A stretch of DNA of 64,000 nucleotides from an uncultured bacterium (GTDB lineage: Bacteria > Babelota > Babeliae > Babelales > JABCYS01), in contig CAVPKK010000003.1 of NCBI GenBank assembly GCA_963705705.1, forward strand, positions 96,001 through 160,000, in the 5' to 3' direction. Under the pieces are notes generated by a model, which was not told the DNA's origin, did no database searches, and saw only the letters and a program-made list of their open reading frames with translations. The stretch's first letter is position 1. Every line of letters begins with the position of its first letter. Below are positions 31,819-41,313 of this stretch, piece by piece. The position numbers and the translations under genes are program-made.

Positions 31819-32199
31819 TTAGCGCTCTAGTGCAATTTTTACTTTACTTGTCTCATACCTGTAATAATGATGAGCGGCTTTTACTGCATTCCAAGCAGAC
31901 ATCGCTGCGGCTCCCATTGAGGCGTTTATTGGAAGGAAAAAGTAGAAGGGCTCGTCTCTAAACCCAACGTTTGCCCCGCCATTTGGTAAATATTTTTTGA
32001 GAGCAGCATAACCGACAAGATAGGCTATCGATTTTAAAGCTGAGAGTTTTGCCGTTTCCAGCTCATGTTTATCTCCTTTGCTCCAGCTATATGATCTTCC
32101 GTCCCCCCATAAAAGGTACGATATCTTATTAAAATGTGCTTGCATTGATGTAGAGCTTAGGAGCGATGCCGCCAGAAATAAGGATAAAATCTTTTTCAT
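31819..32199 (-). CDS. Small secreted/membrane protein, possible distant paralog 3
   Basis: MKKILSLFLAASLL start; LKSIAYLVGYAALKK; GAGG SD. Confidence 0.65.
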   Translation of the reverse strand: MKKILSLFLAASLLSSTSMQAHFNKISYLLWGDGRSYSWSKGDKHELETAKLSALKSIAYLVGYAALKKYLPNGGANVGFRDEPFYFFLPINASMGAAAMSAWNAVKAAHHYYRYETSKVKIALER

Positions 32200-32322
32200 T
32201 GTGTCCTCAAAGAGTTTGCTTAATTTAAGTCTTAGCATTCTAGATAAGGAATAGTCCAAGGCAACAGGTGTTCAATACATATTGAAAGATAGGCGGTAGC
32301 ATGAGCTAAACTAAATGATTAT

Positions 32323-33636
32323 TTATACGGTTTTCTTACGCGTTGCCGTGCTTATATACATGGCAATGCCAACTAGTAATAAGCCGGCAAATCCAAGCAG
32401 TGGGGCAATGCCGAAAATAAAGAAGTTACGAATACAACTGCCGGCAAAAATACAGCAGCTAGCCAAAGCTAAAAAGGCGACAAATTTTGTTCGTGGTTTG
32501 AATGCATGAGGTTTTTTCCTCAGTGCAAACAGAAGGGCGATGACACTAATCGTATAGGAAATGGTACAGGCTAGTGCGCTAGTTTGGGTCAGCGATGTTT
32601 GTTTATGCTCAGTTAGCACAAGGTAACCCAGACATAAAATAGTTTCTGCTATAACGCAGGCCACTGGCATGCCATATGTATTAAGGGTAGTGAGTATCTT
32701 TTTGCCAAAGGTATGGCCTTCTTCTGCCACAATGAATAAGTTCCAAGGGTTGCTAAATAGAATGCCGTAACTGCTACCCAACGCCGAAGTCGCAATAAAA
32801 AGATGGACTACCGAAACCGCATGCTGTGCAAATGTTGGAGAATTTGGAAATAGTGATGCAAATAGGCTTGGGTATGCGCCCATATAGTTGGTTTGCTCCA
32901 TCAATGAACCATGTGTAGTTGCAAAGAAAAATAATTGATAGAGCACGTTAATGAAAAATGCCGCTATGAAAGAAGTATAAATAGCACGAGGGCCATTACG
33001 TTCCGAGTTTTCTATTGATCTACTTAAAGAACATGCCGCTTCAAACCCGGTGAACGAATAAAGTGCAAAAGGAATGCTTAAAGGTATACCTTCCCATTTC
33101 CAAGAACCCACGGGAATGGTAATAGAGGAAAGAGCATATAATCCGCTTAAAATTACAAAAATAACCGGTAACATTTTTAAAATAAAAAACCCCGCATTCA
33201 CACTACTACCAGTTTTCATATGTAAGGTATTGAGGTAGGCAAAAACAAGCAGAACAAGCGCATCAAGCGCGAGGGTTGGTACTGCATTTAATAGCGGAAT
33301 TAATTGTTGTAGGAGCGTATTTACCACATGAATAATGAGACTTGCAGATGCCAATTTTCCAGTAAAATATGCCCAGGCACTTATAAAGCCAGCGAAGGGA
33401 TGAATAGCTTTTGCGCCATATTCATAAAATCCGCCATCAGCATAATGGGCCATAAGGGAAGCAATTGAATCAATAAGTGGCAGAATGAGTATCCCGACAA
33501 TAACGTAGCCGAGGAACCCCAAAAAACCTGCAATTTGCGCAAGTTTTGTGGTATTTACGAAAATGCCGAAGCCTATCATTACATTAATGCTGATAAGTGT
33601 TGCTTCGGTTAAGGTAAGTTTGTTAGTTCGTGACAT
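32323..33636 (-). CDS. APC-family amino acid permease
   Basis: INVMIGFGIF, GGFYEY, YSFTGFE, about 12 hydrophobic segments. Confidence 0.88.
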   Translation of the reverse strand: MSRTNKLTLTEATLISINVMIGFGIFVNTTKLAQIAGFLGFLGYVIVGILILPLIDSIASLMAHYADGGFYEYGAKAIHPFAGFISAWAYFTGKLASASLIIHVVNTLLQQLIPLLNAVPTLALDALVLLVFAYLNTLHMKTGSSVNAGFFILKMLPVIFVILSGLYALSSITIPVGSWKWEGIPLSIPFALYSFTGFEAACSLSRSIENSERNGPRAIYTSFIAAFFINVLYQLFFFATTHGSLMEQTNYMGAYPSLFASLFPNSPTFAQHAVSVVHLFIATSALGSSYGILFSNPWNLFIVAEEGHTFGKKILTTLNTYGMPVACVIAETILCLGYLVLTEHKQTSLTQTSALACTISYTISVIALLFALRKKPHAFKPRTKFVAFLALASCCIFAGSCIRNFFIFGIAPLLGFAGLLLVGIAMYISTATRKKTV

Positions 33637-33654
33637 GCCAACATACTACCAATT

Positions 33655-34368
33655 CTATTGCAGCGCGTACACCTTGAATGTTTTGAGCTCAAAGCCATCA
33701 GGATTTATAATCAATTGGATGCGCGAGTTTGGGTCATCTTCAACGCAGACGGAACTAATTTTGGAACCAGACCGAGCGAACACTTTTATATAGCCGACGG
33801 GGCAACCATAACGCCCATTGGTATCAAAGACTTCAATTTTCCGCCCGTTAGCATCCAGAATAAATGTTTCAGATGGTTTCCATTGAAGTACATCTGCTAT
33901 CTGAGCTGACCTATTATTCCAATCCTCAATAGCGCCCATGTTTGGGACATCGCTCGGGCTGTATAGACGACAAGGAATATCACTTAATGTTTGACCGTGT
34001 GGAATAACCGGGCGAAGCCGCATCTCCAATGCTTCCCGCTGTTTTTTAAGAGCATTGAATTCATCATTTGTATTTAGATCGCCATGGCTGGAAATAATTC
34101 TTTGTTGAACTATATCCATTTGGAAAAGCAAATCTCGGTATTGTTTAAACAAAACATCGCTTACTGAAGGATCTTTCCCGTCATCGCGTAAACGGAAATC
34201 GTTTAATTGCCGCGGTGAGGTGAAGAGCACGGGCTGAAACATGAAGTTTTTGCAATATAAAGTTATTGGCCCGCCGGTATTATTGGTGATGCGCATTACA
34301 TAAAAGATGAATGTATGCGCCTGGGCGGTTTGAGCTAGTGCGAGGAGTAAAAAAGCCTTTATTTTCAT
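33655..34368 (-). CDS. Hypothetical secreted protein
   Basis: MKIKAFLLLALAQTAQA signal-peptide-like start. Confidence 0.65.
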   Translation of the reverse strand: MKIKAFLLLALAQTAQAHTFIFYVMRITNNTGGPITLYCKNFMFQPVLFTSPRQLNDFRLRDDGKDPSVSDVLFKQYRDLLFQMDIVQQRIISSHGDLNTNDEFNALKKQREALEMRLRPVIPHGQTLSDIPCRLYSPSDVPNMGAIEDWNNRSAQIADVLQWKPSETFILDANGRKIEVFDTNGRYGCPVGYIKVFARSGSKISSVCVEDDPNSRIQLIINPDGFELKTFKVYALQ

Positions 34369-34427
34369 TACTTATCCCTTCGGTTGCTAGTCTAGCCGGG
34401 GACATTATGAAAACGCAAGGGTTTTGC

Positions 34428-35165
34428 CTAAGCAGACCAGGCCACATACATAGCAATAGATCCAGCGACGGCGGCATTAAGGCTTTCAACATTGCCCGGC
34501 ATGGGTAGGGTGGCCGTCTGGTCACAGGTATCAACCCAATGAGCAGGTATGCCATGTGCCTCGGAGCCAATAACCAATAACGAATGTGGTATTTTTCCGT
34601 GAAGCGGTTTGCCATTAGCGGCCACGAGGGCAACCAAATTTAAAGTTCTTTTATACTTCATTACCTCTTCCCATTGCCAATTAAAAACATTCATTGCGGC
34701 AATAGTTCCGGCGCTTGCTTGTATCACCTTGGGCGACCAAACATCTGCGCTTTCGACAGCGACAATTGAATATCGGCCAAGTGCGGCACAGGTTCGAATA
34801 AGGGTGCCGATATTTCCTGGGTCGGCCAGCTGGGCTAATACAATGCCTTCACCAAGTTGTTCTTGTTCTGGTTGCTTGGGTATTTCAAATACGGCCAAGA
34901 CGCCTGAAGGTGTTGAAGCCTGACTCATTTTTTCCATAACTGGTTCAGACACCACGGTGTAATCTAATGTTAGCTGTCCAACTTCTTTCTGCATGCGCGG
35001 GGTAACATAAAGTTGAATTGGCGTTTTATTATGATCAAAAAAAGTTGCCACGGTTCGTATGCCTTCTGCGATAAATCGCTGCTGCTTTTTGCGTTCTTTT
35101 GCATCAGCTAGTTTGGCAACATCTTTAATTTCTGGGTTTTGAGTTGAGGTAATTGATCTGATCAT
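34428..35165 (-). CDS. TrmH/SpoU family RNA methyltransferase
   Basis: DPGNIGTLIR, GSEAHG, PMPGNVESLNAAVA. Confidence 0.92.
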   Translation of the reverse strand: MIRSITSTQNPEIKDVAKLADAKERKKQQRFIAEGIRTVATFFDHNKTPIQLYVTPRMQKEVGQLTLDYTVVSEPVMEKMSQASTPSGVLAVFEIPKQPEQEQLGEGIVLAQLADPGNIGTLIRTCAALGRYSIVAVESADVWSPKVIQASAGTIAAMNVFNWQWEEVMKYKRTLNLVALVAANGKPLHGKIPHSLLVIGSEAHGIPAHWVDTCDQTATLPMPGNVESLNAAVAGSIAMYVAWSA

Positions 35166-35197
35166 TTTTTCTTTCTAAATTTCGTTCAATAATTAGG

Positions 35198-35280
35198 CCG
35201 CTCGTCCTTCTTTGCGAAATTGGGGTCCCCGAAGCTCGGGTTCCCTTCCAGGGTGAGTTTGGGGTAAAAGGATATGAGCG
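35198..35280 (+). repeat. Palindromic repeat family A
   Basis: CCGCTCGTCC...GGGGTCCCCGAAGCTCGGGTTCCCTTCCAGGGTGAGTTTGGGGTAAAAGGATATGAGCG. Confidence 0.85.
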
Positions 35281-35303
35281 CATATGAGATGGACAAAGTC
35301 GGC

Positions 35304-36482
35304 TTAAATTTCGTTCATCAAAATTTGTTCGCGGTATCGTTTCATATGCTGCACCATAAAATGAATATTGTGAATTGTCGCCAAAATATGGCCGGTCACT
35401 TCATTCGCCTTATAGAGATGATGAATATAAGCCATAGTGTATTTGGAGCAGGTCAAACAGGTGCAAGAAGGATCCGGCGGGTTAAAATCAATATTATTAC
35501 CCGAAGCTAAGATTTTGCGATTGCCAGCAGTGGTGAATAGCAAGCCATGCCGTGCGCAGCGGGTAGGGTGTGAGCTATCAAAGGTATCTATACCTATACG
35601 GACACCAGCATCGATTGAAGGTAAATCACCGATACCAAGCAAATGATTCGGTTTATTTTCTGGCATGTGCGGCATAATCTGCGAAAGCATGGCAATCATT
35701 TCTTCATGCGTTTTACCCATACTTCCGCCGATAGCAAAGCCATCGAAAGGAAGCTTGCTTAAGATATCAATGCTTTGTTTGCGCAGGTTAACATCTACCC
35801 CGCCATGAACCACAGCATACATTGCCTGTTGATTTGGCGATCGGAGATGTTCTTCCAAAGAACGTTGTTCCCAGCGGTGGGTACGGTCGAATGATTTTTT
35901 TAGTGCTTGTGCGTCGATGTGATAGGGGGGTAGTTCATCGAAGGGGATAATAATATCCGCCCCTAAATCCTTTTGGGCTTGGATAGAGGTTTCTGGTGTC
36001 AGCAATATTTTGGAACCGTCACGATACGAGCGGAAAAGTACCCCGTCTTCATTAATTTTAAGAACCGAATTGCCTGTTTTCTTTTGCCCGCGGCTTTTGA
36101 GCTCATCGGCCACAGTGCCATAGGCCAAGCTGAAGACCTGGAATCCGCCGGAATCGGTGATAATTGGGTGGGGTCGGTTGAGGAACTTATGCAGGCCGCC
36201 TGCTGCTTTGATGACTGCTGTGCCTGGTTGAAGCATCAGGTGGTAAGTATTACAGAACATAAGCTGGAGGCCAAGCTGATTTACGGTTTCGCTATCGATA
36301 GCCTTAAGGGTGGCATTTGTACCCACGGCTACAAAGTTGGGCGTATCGATAATGCCATGAGGCGTATGGATGCGGCCAACCCGTGCACGAGATTTGGTAG
36401 ATTGATGGATAATCTCAAACTTGAACGGCTCGGGAAATGGGGGAGGCTGTATGGGAATGGGTATTGGATTTTGTTCTAGCAT
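35304..36482 (-). CDS. tgt: tRNA-guanine transglycosylase
   Basis: NTYHL, TDSGGFQVFSL, HLLGIG, DTFDS, CTCLTC...HN zinc site. Confidence 0.95.
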   Translation of the reverse strand: MLEQNPIPIPIQPPPFPEPFKFEIIHQSTKSRARVGRIHTPHGIIDTPNFVAVGTNATLKAIDSETVNQLGLQLMFCNTYHLMLQPGTAVIKAAGGLHKFLNRPHPIITDSGGFQVFSLAYGTVADELKSRGQKKTGNSVLKINEDGVLFRSYRDGSKILLTPETSIQAQKDLGADIIIPFDELPPYHIDAQALKKSFDRTHRWEQRSLEEHLRSPNQQAMYAVVHGGVDVNLRKQSIDILSKLPFDGFAIGGSMGKTHEEMIAMLSQIMPHMPENKPNHLLGIGDLPSIDAGVRIGIDTFDSSHPTRCARHGLLFTTAGNRKILASGNNIDFNPPDPSCTCLTCSKYTMAYIHHLYKANEVTGHILATIHNIHFMVQHMKRYREQILMNEI

Positions 36483-36492
36483 GGGAGACCTT

Positions 36493-37227
36493 TTAATCCG
36501 GGACTGCCTGTTCTGATTGCTCATCAATATCAACAATATTATTTTTTTGCTGCGGCAAGATGAGCTTTCGCGCAAAATAGGCGCCGGGAACGGTCAGAGC
36601 TATAGCAATTAATTTTACAGCGTAGCTGACGACGATCACATCCATAGGTTCACTAATCTGGTCACTTAAGCCAAAGATCGTAAACAGTACCGTATCGAGT
36701 AACTGTGTAGCAGCAATACTCAAGAAATTTCCGACCATGATGTAGAAGGCCTCACCTGAAGTCCCACCTGAAAATCGTTTGCGTATCCAGCCATAAAACA
36801 TCAAATCTGCTTGCATGACGATGAAATAAGTAATCAAAGAAACAATCACCAGCCGAGGCATTGGAGTAAGCAGATGGGCATAATAAGGATGGGTAACATC
36901 TGTTGCTGATGGCGCGTACATGGTTTGAAAGAGGCCAAACAGCATGGTAACAATGGTTACAAAAAAGCTGATAAAAATGGTTTTTTGCGCAATCTTCTTG
37001 CCGAAATGTTCCTGCAATAAATTAAGACCAAGCTCATCACCAACGGCAAAGGCATCAGTGCAGGTAACCGTGAATCCAAAGAGGGCGATCTCTTTGAGCA
37101 CAAATAAATTCATGAGCACGGTCAATACGCAGATAAGCGCAACTAATGCATGCGAACCTATGCGAAGGGCAAGCATTAGGGTGATAACGAGGGCGGCAAT
37201 GTGTGCGAGAAATATTAATTCGTTCAT
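36493..37227 (-). CDS. yhhQ: Queuosine precursor transporter (YhhQ/Vut_1 family)
   Basis: NLFVLK, LLQEHFGK, PRLVIVSL, QLLDTVLF; adjacent to tgt. Confidence 0.85.
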   Translation of the reverse strand: MNELIFLAHIAALVITLMLALRIGSHALVALICVLTVLMNLFVLKEIALFGFTVTCTDAFAVGDELGLNLLQEHFGKKIAQKTIFISFFVTIVTMLFGLFQTMYAPSATDVTHPYYAHLLTPMPRLVIVSLITYFIVMQADLMFYGWIRKRFSGGTSGEAFYIMVGNFLSIAATQLLDTVLFTIFGLSDQISEPMDVIVVSYAVKLIAIALTVPGAYFARKLILPQQKNNIVDIDEQSEQAVPD

Positions 37228-37268
37228 ACCATTTAATTTGAAATCAGTAGCTTGGCATATCTAGGAGG

Positions 37269-38303
37269 CTACTGCCTCCTGCCTCCGTTATGTTGCTTAC
37301 TAGAGACCTCATTTATATTAGAAGGATATACTCCGTTCGTTGGATTAATATCTTCCGGTTTTAGAAATGGGTAATCCTTAAATCCAACCAATTGGCATTC
37401 GGGTTGCGGCAATACTTGGAACTGGTTATATACCATCTCCTGCATTTTGCGCGCTAACTGTATAAGATCTTTCGATGTTGCAGTGCCAGTATTAATAAGC
37501 ATATTGGCATGCTGCCAGGATACTTGAGCACCCCCAACTTTGAGCGCTCCCTTAACTCCAATTTTATCCAAATAATAAGCTACAAAGATCATTTTTTTGC
37601 CAGCGCTGGTGTACGTGACCTCATGATCATGAAAGTTTCTGAAAAAACTGCCACAGGTATGGGTAGTTGGATAGCGCGCTGCGCGGTGCCGAATGATCTC
37701 GGCGCGGCGGCCTTTTGCGTAGGCAACCTCGATTGGCGAGATTTTTTTTAACTTAAAAGTAGCGCTTAGCAAGTAATGTTCTTTCTCCAGCAGGCGAGAT
37801 TGATCATAACCAAAGCTGAACCAGTCGCGATTCGCATTTTGAATGGCCCCGGTGTGTTGTTCTATGATGCGCCCGCTTATTAAAAAGTGCTCTAACAAAT
37901 ATTGGAAATAATGAAGGTTTATATATACCGAACCGCCAATGGTTCCTGGGATCCCACTAAATTCTTCCAAACCGCTGAGCCCGTGATCCAAACAATAATC
38001 AATAAGGTCATGCATGGTCCAGCCAGCACCTACGTCAATAAGCTCATGTGTTTCGTCCACGGGTTTATGAGTAATTTCTTTCAATTGTGGTCGAATAACT
38101 AATCCCGGAAACCCTTCATCGCTGATGAGAATATTGGCACCTTGGCCAAGCACAAAGATCGGGACATTTTTTGTTCGTGCAAATTCTAGTGACTGACCAA
38201 ATTCTTCATCAGTGGTTGGCTCAGCAAAATAACGTGCGTTACCGCCAGTTTGGAACCAATTTTTATCTGCGAGAGAAACATTCTCTTTAACTAGATCGTG
38301 CAT
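37269..38303 (-). CDS. murB: UDP-N-acetylenolpyruvoylglucosamine reductase
   Basis: TGGNA, LGQGANILISD, GIPGTIGG, CGSFFRN, HANMLIN. Confidence 0.93.
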   Translation of the reverse strand: MHDLVKENVSLADKNWFQTGGNARYFAEPTTDEEFGQSLEFARTKNVPIFVLGQGANILISDEGFPGLVIRPQLKEITHKPVDETHELIDVGAGWTMHDLIDYCLDHGLSGLEEFSGIPGTIGGSVYINLHYFQYLLEHFLISGRIIEQHTGAIQNANRDWFSFGYDQSRLLEKEHYLLSATFKLKKISPIEVAYAKGRRAEIIRHRAARYPTTHTCGSFFRNFHDHEVTYTSAGKKMIFVAYYLDKIGVKGALKVGGAQVSWQHANMLINTGTATSKDLIQLARKMQEMVYNQFQVLPQPECQLVGFKDYPFLKPEDINPTNGVYPSNINEVSSKQHNGGRRQ

Positions 38304-39388
38304 GATGCTCCAACTGGGATTTTAACGGGCTTGCTGCGGACTGGCACTTGGTTAGATTGAACTAACTTCTCACATGTGTCTGAGCAGCATAAGGCATATG
38401 AGACAAGCTGATGTGAATCAACGGGTAGGGAAAGATTAGGTCCCTTTATAATTGCCCGCTTTGATCCTTTTACCCCAACCTCACCCTGGAAGGGAACCCG
38501 AGTTGTGGGGGCCCCGGACTCGATAAACTCAGGATGAGCGGGATCGTTATTACTCGCTACAAATTGAGAACGTTTTTCTCTACATGGCTCGCAAACAATA
38601 AATTGTAGATTGCATATTGAATTAATGCAGTTGGCGTACTCATCGCACTGCACCTGGCAAAAATAGCAGTTGCCCAATACATCATCATTTGCCTTTTGCA
38701 GTAAGCGCCCATCAAATACATAGTTTTTGCCGCGGAAGTGGCCATCAGGGAACTGTTCAATATAGCGATGAATGCCTCCTTGAATTTGGTATACCTCTTC
38801 CGTCACATTTTTTGATTTTAAATAGGCAGACGCACGTTCACAGCGAATGCCACCGGTGCAGAACATGAGCACTTGCTTGCCGGTAAAAACATCGGCATTG
38901 GAATCAATATAGCCTGGCAGATCCCGGAAATTTTTAATGGCAGGAGTGATTGCATCCTTGAAGGTGCCAACGGCAGATTCGTAGGTATTGCGGGCATCCA
39001 AGAGAAGTAGGTTATCAGGTCTGTTATTCAATAGGTCGTGGACCTCAGCTGGAGTCAGATGCTTGCCACCCATTTGAGCTGTAATGTGCTGGGGTATGCC
39101 ACTATTTACGATTTCTGGTCGAACAACGACCCGGAGTTTAGGGAAATGGTCGGCCGCGCCATCGCTCGATTTGATGTCCAAATCGGTAAATAGTTGGTGG
39201 GCGGTAGTTTCTTGGATATACCGGGCGATAGCCTTCTCGGTACCACCTAGGGTGGCATTGATCCCCTCTTCGGCGATCAAAATACGGCCTTTGAGGCCTA
39301 ATCGCGTACACAAACCCTTTTGCCAATCCCGTATCTGATGCGGGTAGAGGATGTTTATGTACTTATAGAACAGTATGATTTTACCCAT
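38291..39388 (-). CDS. trhO: tRNA uridine(34) hydroxylase TrhO-like rhodanese (UPF0176)
   Basis: ILFYKY, GRILIAEEGIN, DARNTYE, FCTGGIRCERAS, GKNYVFD; carries an in-frame repeat insertion. Confidence 0.88.
   Translation of the reverse strand: MGKIILFYKYINILYPHQIRDWQKGLCTRLGLKGRILIAEEGINATLGGTEKAIARYIQETTAHQLFTDLDIKSSDGAADHFPKLRVVVRPEIVNSGIPQHITAQMGGKHLTPAEVHDLLNNRPDNLLLLDARNTYESAVGTFKDAITPAIKNFRDLPGYIDSNADVFTGKQVLMFCTGGIRCERASAYLKSKNVTEEVYQIQGGIHRYIEQFPDGHFRGKNYVFDGRLLQKANDDVLGNCYFCQVQCDEYANCINSICNLQFIVCEPCREKRSQFVASNNDPAHPEFIESGAPTTRVPFQGEVGVKGSKRAIIKGPNLSLPVDSHQLVSYALCCSDTCEKLVQSNQVPVRSKPVKIPVGASCTI
38455..38542 (-). repeat. Palindromic repeat family A inside the trhO coding sequence
   Basis: Encodes PAHPEFIESGAPTTRVPFQGEVGVKGSKRA; near-identical to the intergenic copies. 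Confidence 0.9.
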
Positions 39389-39392
39389 GGTC

Positions 39393-39450
39393 AATCCATA
39401 TTTTATAAAACTGGGCAAAAATTATACAAGTATTGAGGTGTATAGCAAAA
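39393..39450 (-). promoter_or_regulatory. 58-bp direct repeat copy 1 containing a sigma70-like promoter upstream of trhO
   Basis: Minus strand TTGCTA-N16-TATAAT; identical to 41256-41313. Confidence 0.75.
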
Positions 39451-39475
39451 AGGTCTCATAGGACAGCCACAATTT

Positions 39476-41029
39476 CTACTCGACATCTGCCTTCAAGGAG
39501 GTATAGGCACAATATAGCGCTTTAAAACGTTCCTCAGCCTGAACCCATTCTGCCGATCCGGCCGGGAAGTTGGTCGGGTTATTCTCTTTTCTTAATAGGA
39601 GATATTTGCCTTCTATAAGGTGGGGCTGATCTTCAAACGGCTCGAGCCCAAGAACTTCCAAGGCTTGCAAACGTTTTTCTTGGATTTTCCTCTTCTTTTC
39701 TTTTTCAACTTCTTCTGGCGACACTTTGGCTTTTTCTTCTTTCACTTCTTTTACTTTTTCGACTTCTTCAGTGATAAGCGGGCGTTGCTTCATGCGGAAC
39801 GGTTTCAACCTAGGTTTAGCCAATAATGTTTTTACCAAAATACTATCTGCACCGAGTGCACCTACGGCATGCTGTATTACATCATCGCCTTTTTTGTCGC
39901 GGGCGAGCAGCATTTCTTCAACCTTTGGACCGCCAAATTGAATGAGTGTTCCAAAGATATTAGTGTAGGTTTGATCAATTTTTGTTGTGCGTTCTACCAA
40001 TGGAGCAAGCTCTTTATTCTTTTGCTCTTTGCTGAGCGCTGTATCGATTTCAATTTTTTTCATTTGACTACGAATTGGGCTGATTTTTGAAAAGGCGGTT
40101 TGTATGACCAGATGTAAGAGGTTAATGCCTTTGGGATTATTGCGCTCAGGGTAACGGATTTTTGATACATCAATTGTTATCCCTTCCGGAGCTCGTGCTC
40201 GGCCTGTCATAATACGATGGTACATATCTTTAACTTGCGCCTCATTCCCCGCGACAATGGCTTCAAATAATACAAGTTCTGCACCTTGCTGCTCTGGAGT
40301 TTTGAATAATTCGAATTTAGGTTTATGCGCATGCCCCAGTACTTTTTGCAGTTGCTCATTAGTAAGCGGTATAGGATTATTAACCAGGCGCAACATATCA
40401 AGACGAGGAAGTTTATCGAGGCCGGGAGGAAGATCGGAAAGTTGGTTGTTATCCAGGAAAAGAAGCTTCAGACTGGTTAAGCCTGATAAATCCGGTAATT
40501 GTGAAATTTGATTGTCCTTTGCGGAAAGTGAAACAAGGTTGCCAAGCTTACCAATGGTTTCAGGAAGCGTGAGCAAATTATTACGACTCAGATTCAGATT
40601 TCTGAGGCCGATCATATTACCTATATCTTCGGATAATTCTTGCAGGCCAACACTTACAAGAGATAATTTATGCAAATCAGATAGCGTATAGACGACATCA
40701 GGAAGAGATCTAAATTCGTTTTCCGTAAGATCAAGTATTTGAAGCTTTGGCATTGTAGCAATGCTATCGGGTAGGGTGGTAAGTTTGTTACCATTAAGAA
40801 AAAGCCCAGTAATGTCATCGAAATGTCGCAAATGTTCTGCATCAAAGCCAACTAAATCAGTGAGCCCTATGTTTGCTAAATTACATTTGCCGTCCCTGAG
40901 AATTCCGCCATCAACATCTGCCCAATGCGCTGGTTTTGCCGTGTCATTTCCGAAATAATATTCAAGAAATGAAACGGCTTGTGTCGTATTAGCGAATGCC
41001 AGTGATATCAGTAAGAGATTTTTGATCAC
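39476..41029 (-). CDS. Secreted leucine-rich repeat protein with ankyrin-like and degenerate J-domain C-terminus
   Basis: Repeated LxxLxLxxNxLxxLP; GINLLHLVI and DKKGDDVIQHA ankyrin-like segments; ALEVLGL...KYLLLRKENNPT...AEERFKALYCAYTSL. Confidence 0.85.
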   Translation of the reverse strand: MIKNLLLISLAFANTTQAVSFLEYYFGNDTAKPAHWADVDGGILRDGKCNLANIGLTDLVGFDAEHLRHFDDITGLFLNGNKLTTLPDSIATMPKLQILDLTENEFRSLPDVVYTLSDLHKLSLVSVGLQELSEDIGNMIGLRNLNLSRNNLLTLPETIGKLGNLVSLSAKDNQISQLPDLSGLTSLKLLFLDNNQLSDLPPGLDKLPRLDMLRLVNNPIPLTNEQLQKVLGHAHKPKFELFKTPEQQGAELVLFEAIVAGNEAQVKDMYHRIMTGRARAPEGITIDVSKIRYPERNNPKGINLLHLVIQTAFSKISPIRSQMKKIEIDTALSKEQKNKELAPLVERTTKIDQTYTNIFGTLIQFGGPKVEEMLLARDKKGDDVIQHAVGALGADSILVKTLLAKPRLKPFRMKQRPLITEEVEKVKEVKEEKAKVSPEEVEKEKKRKIQEKRLQALEVLGLEPFEDQPHLIEGKYLLLRKENNPTNFPAGSAEWVQAEERFKALYCAYTSLKADVE

Positions 41030-41255
41030 AATCGCTCCTTAAATAGTTTTATTTCCTTATGCTTACTATTTACGGTAGCAAATTAGGAGAATAATTTTGA
41101 AGAATTACTCTTTGTTTTCGTCGCTAGCTTCAAGTATAGGGTCTTCATCTAAAGCAATTAAAACACCCAGATTTTCCAATTCGTCTTCGTTTTTCGTATC
41201 TGTCTCGGCACTTATTGGACTTACTTTCTTGAAAAGAGATTTATTAAAATCTTTG

Positions 41256-41313
41256 AATCCATATTTTATAAAACTGGGCAAAAATTATACAAGTATTGAG
41301 GTGTATAGCAAAA
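41256..41313 (-). promoter_or_regulatory. 58-bp direct repeat copy 2 (promoter-like) upstream of the LRR gene
   Basis: AATCCATATTTTATAAAACTGGGCAAAAATTATACAAGTATTGAGGTGTATAGCAAAA. Confidence 0.75.
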
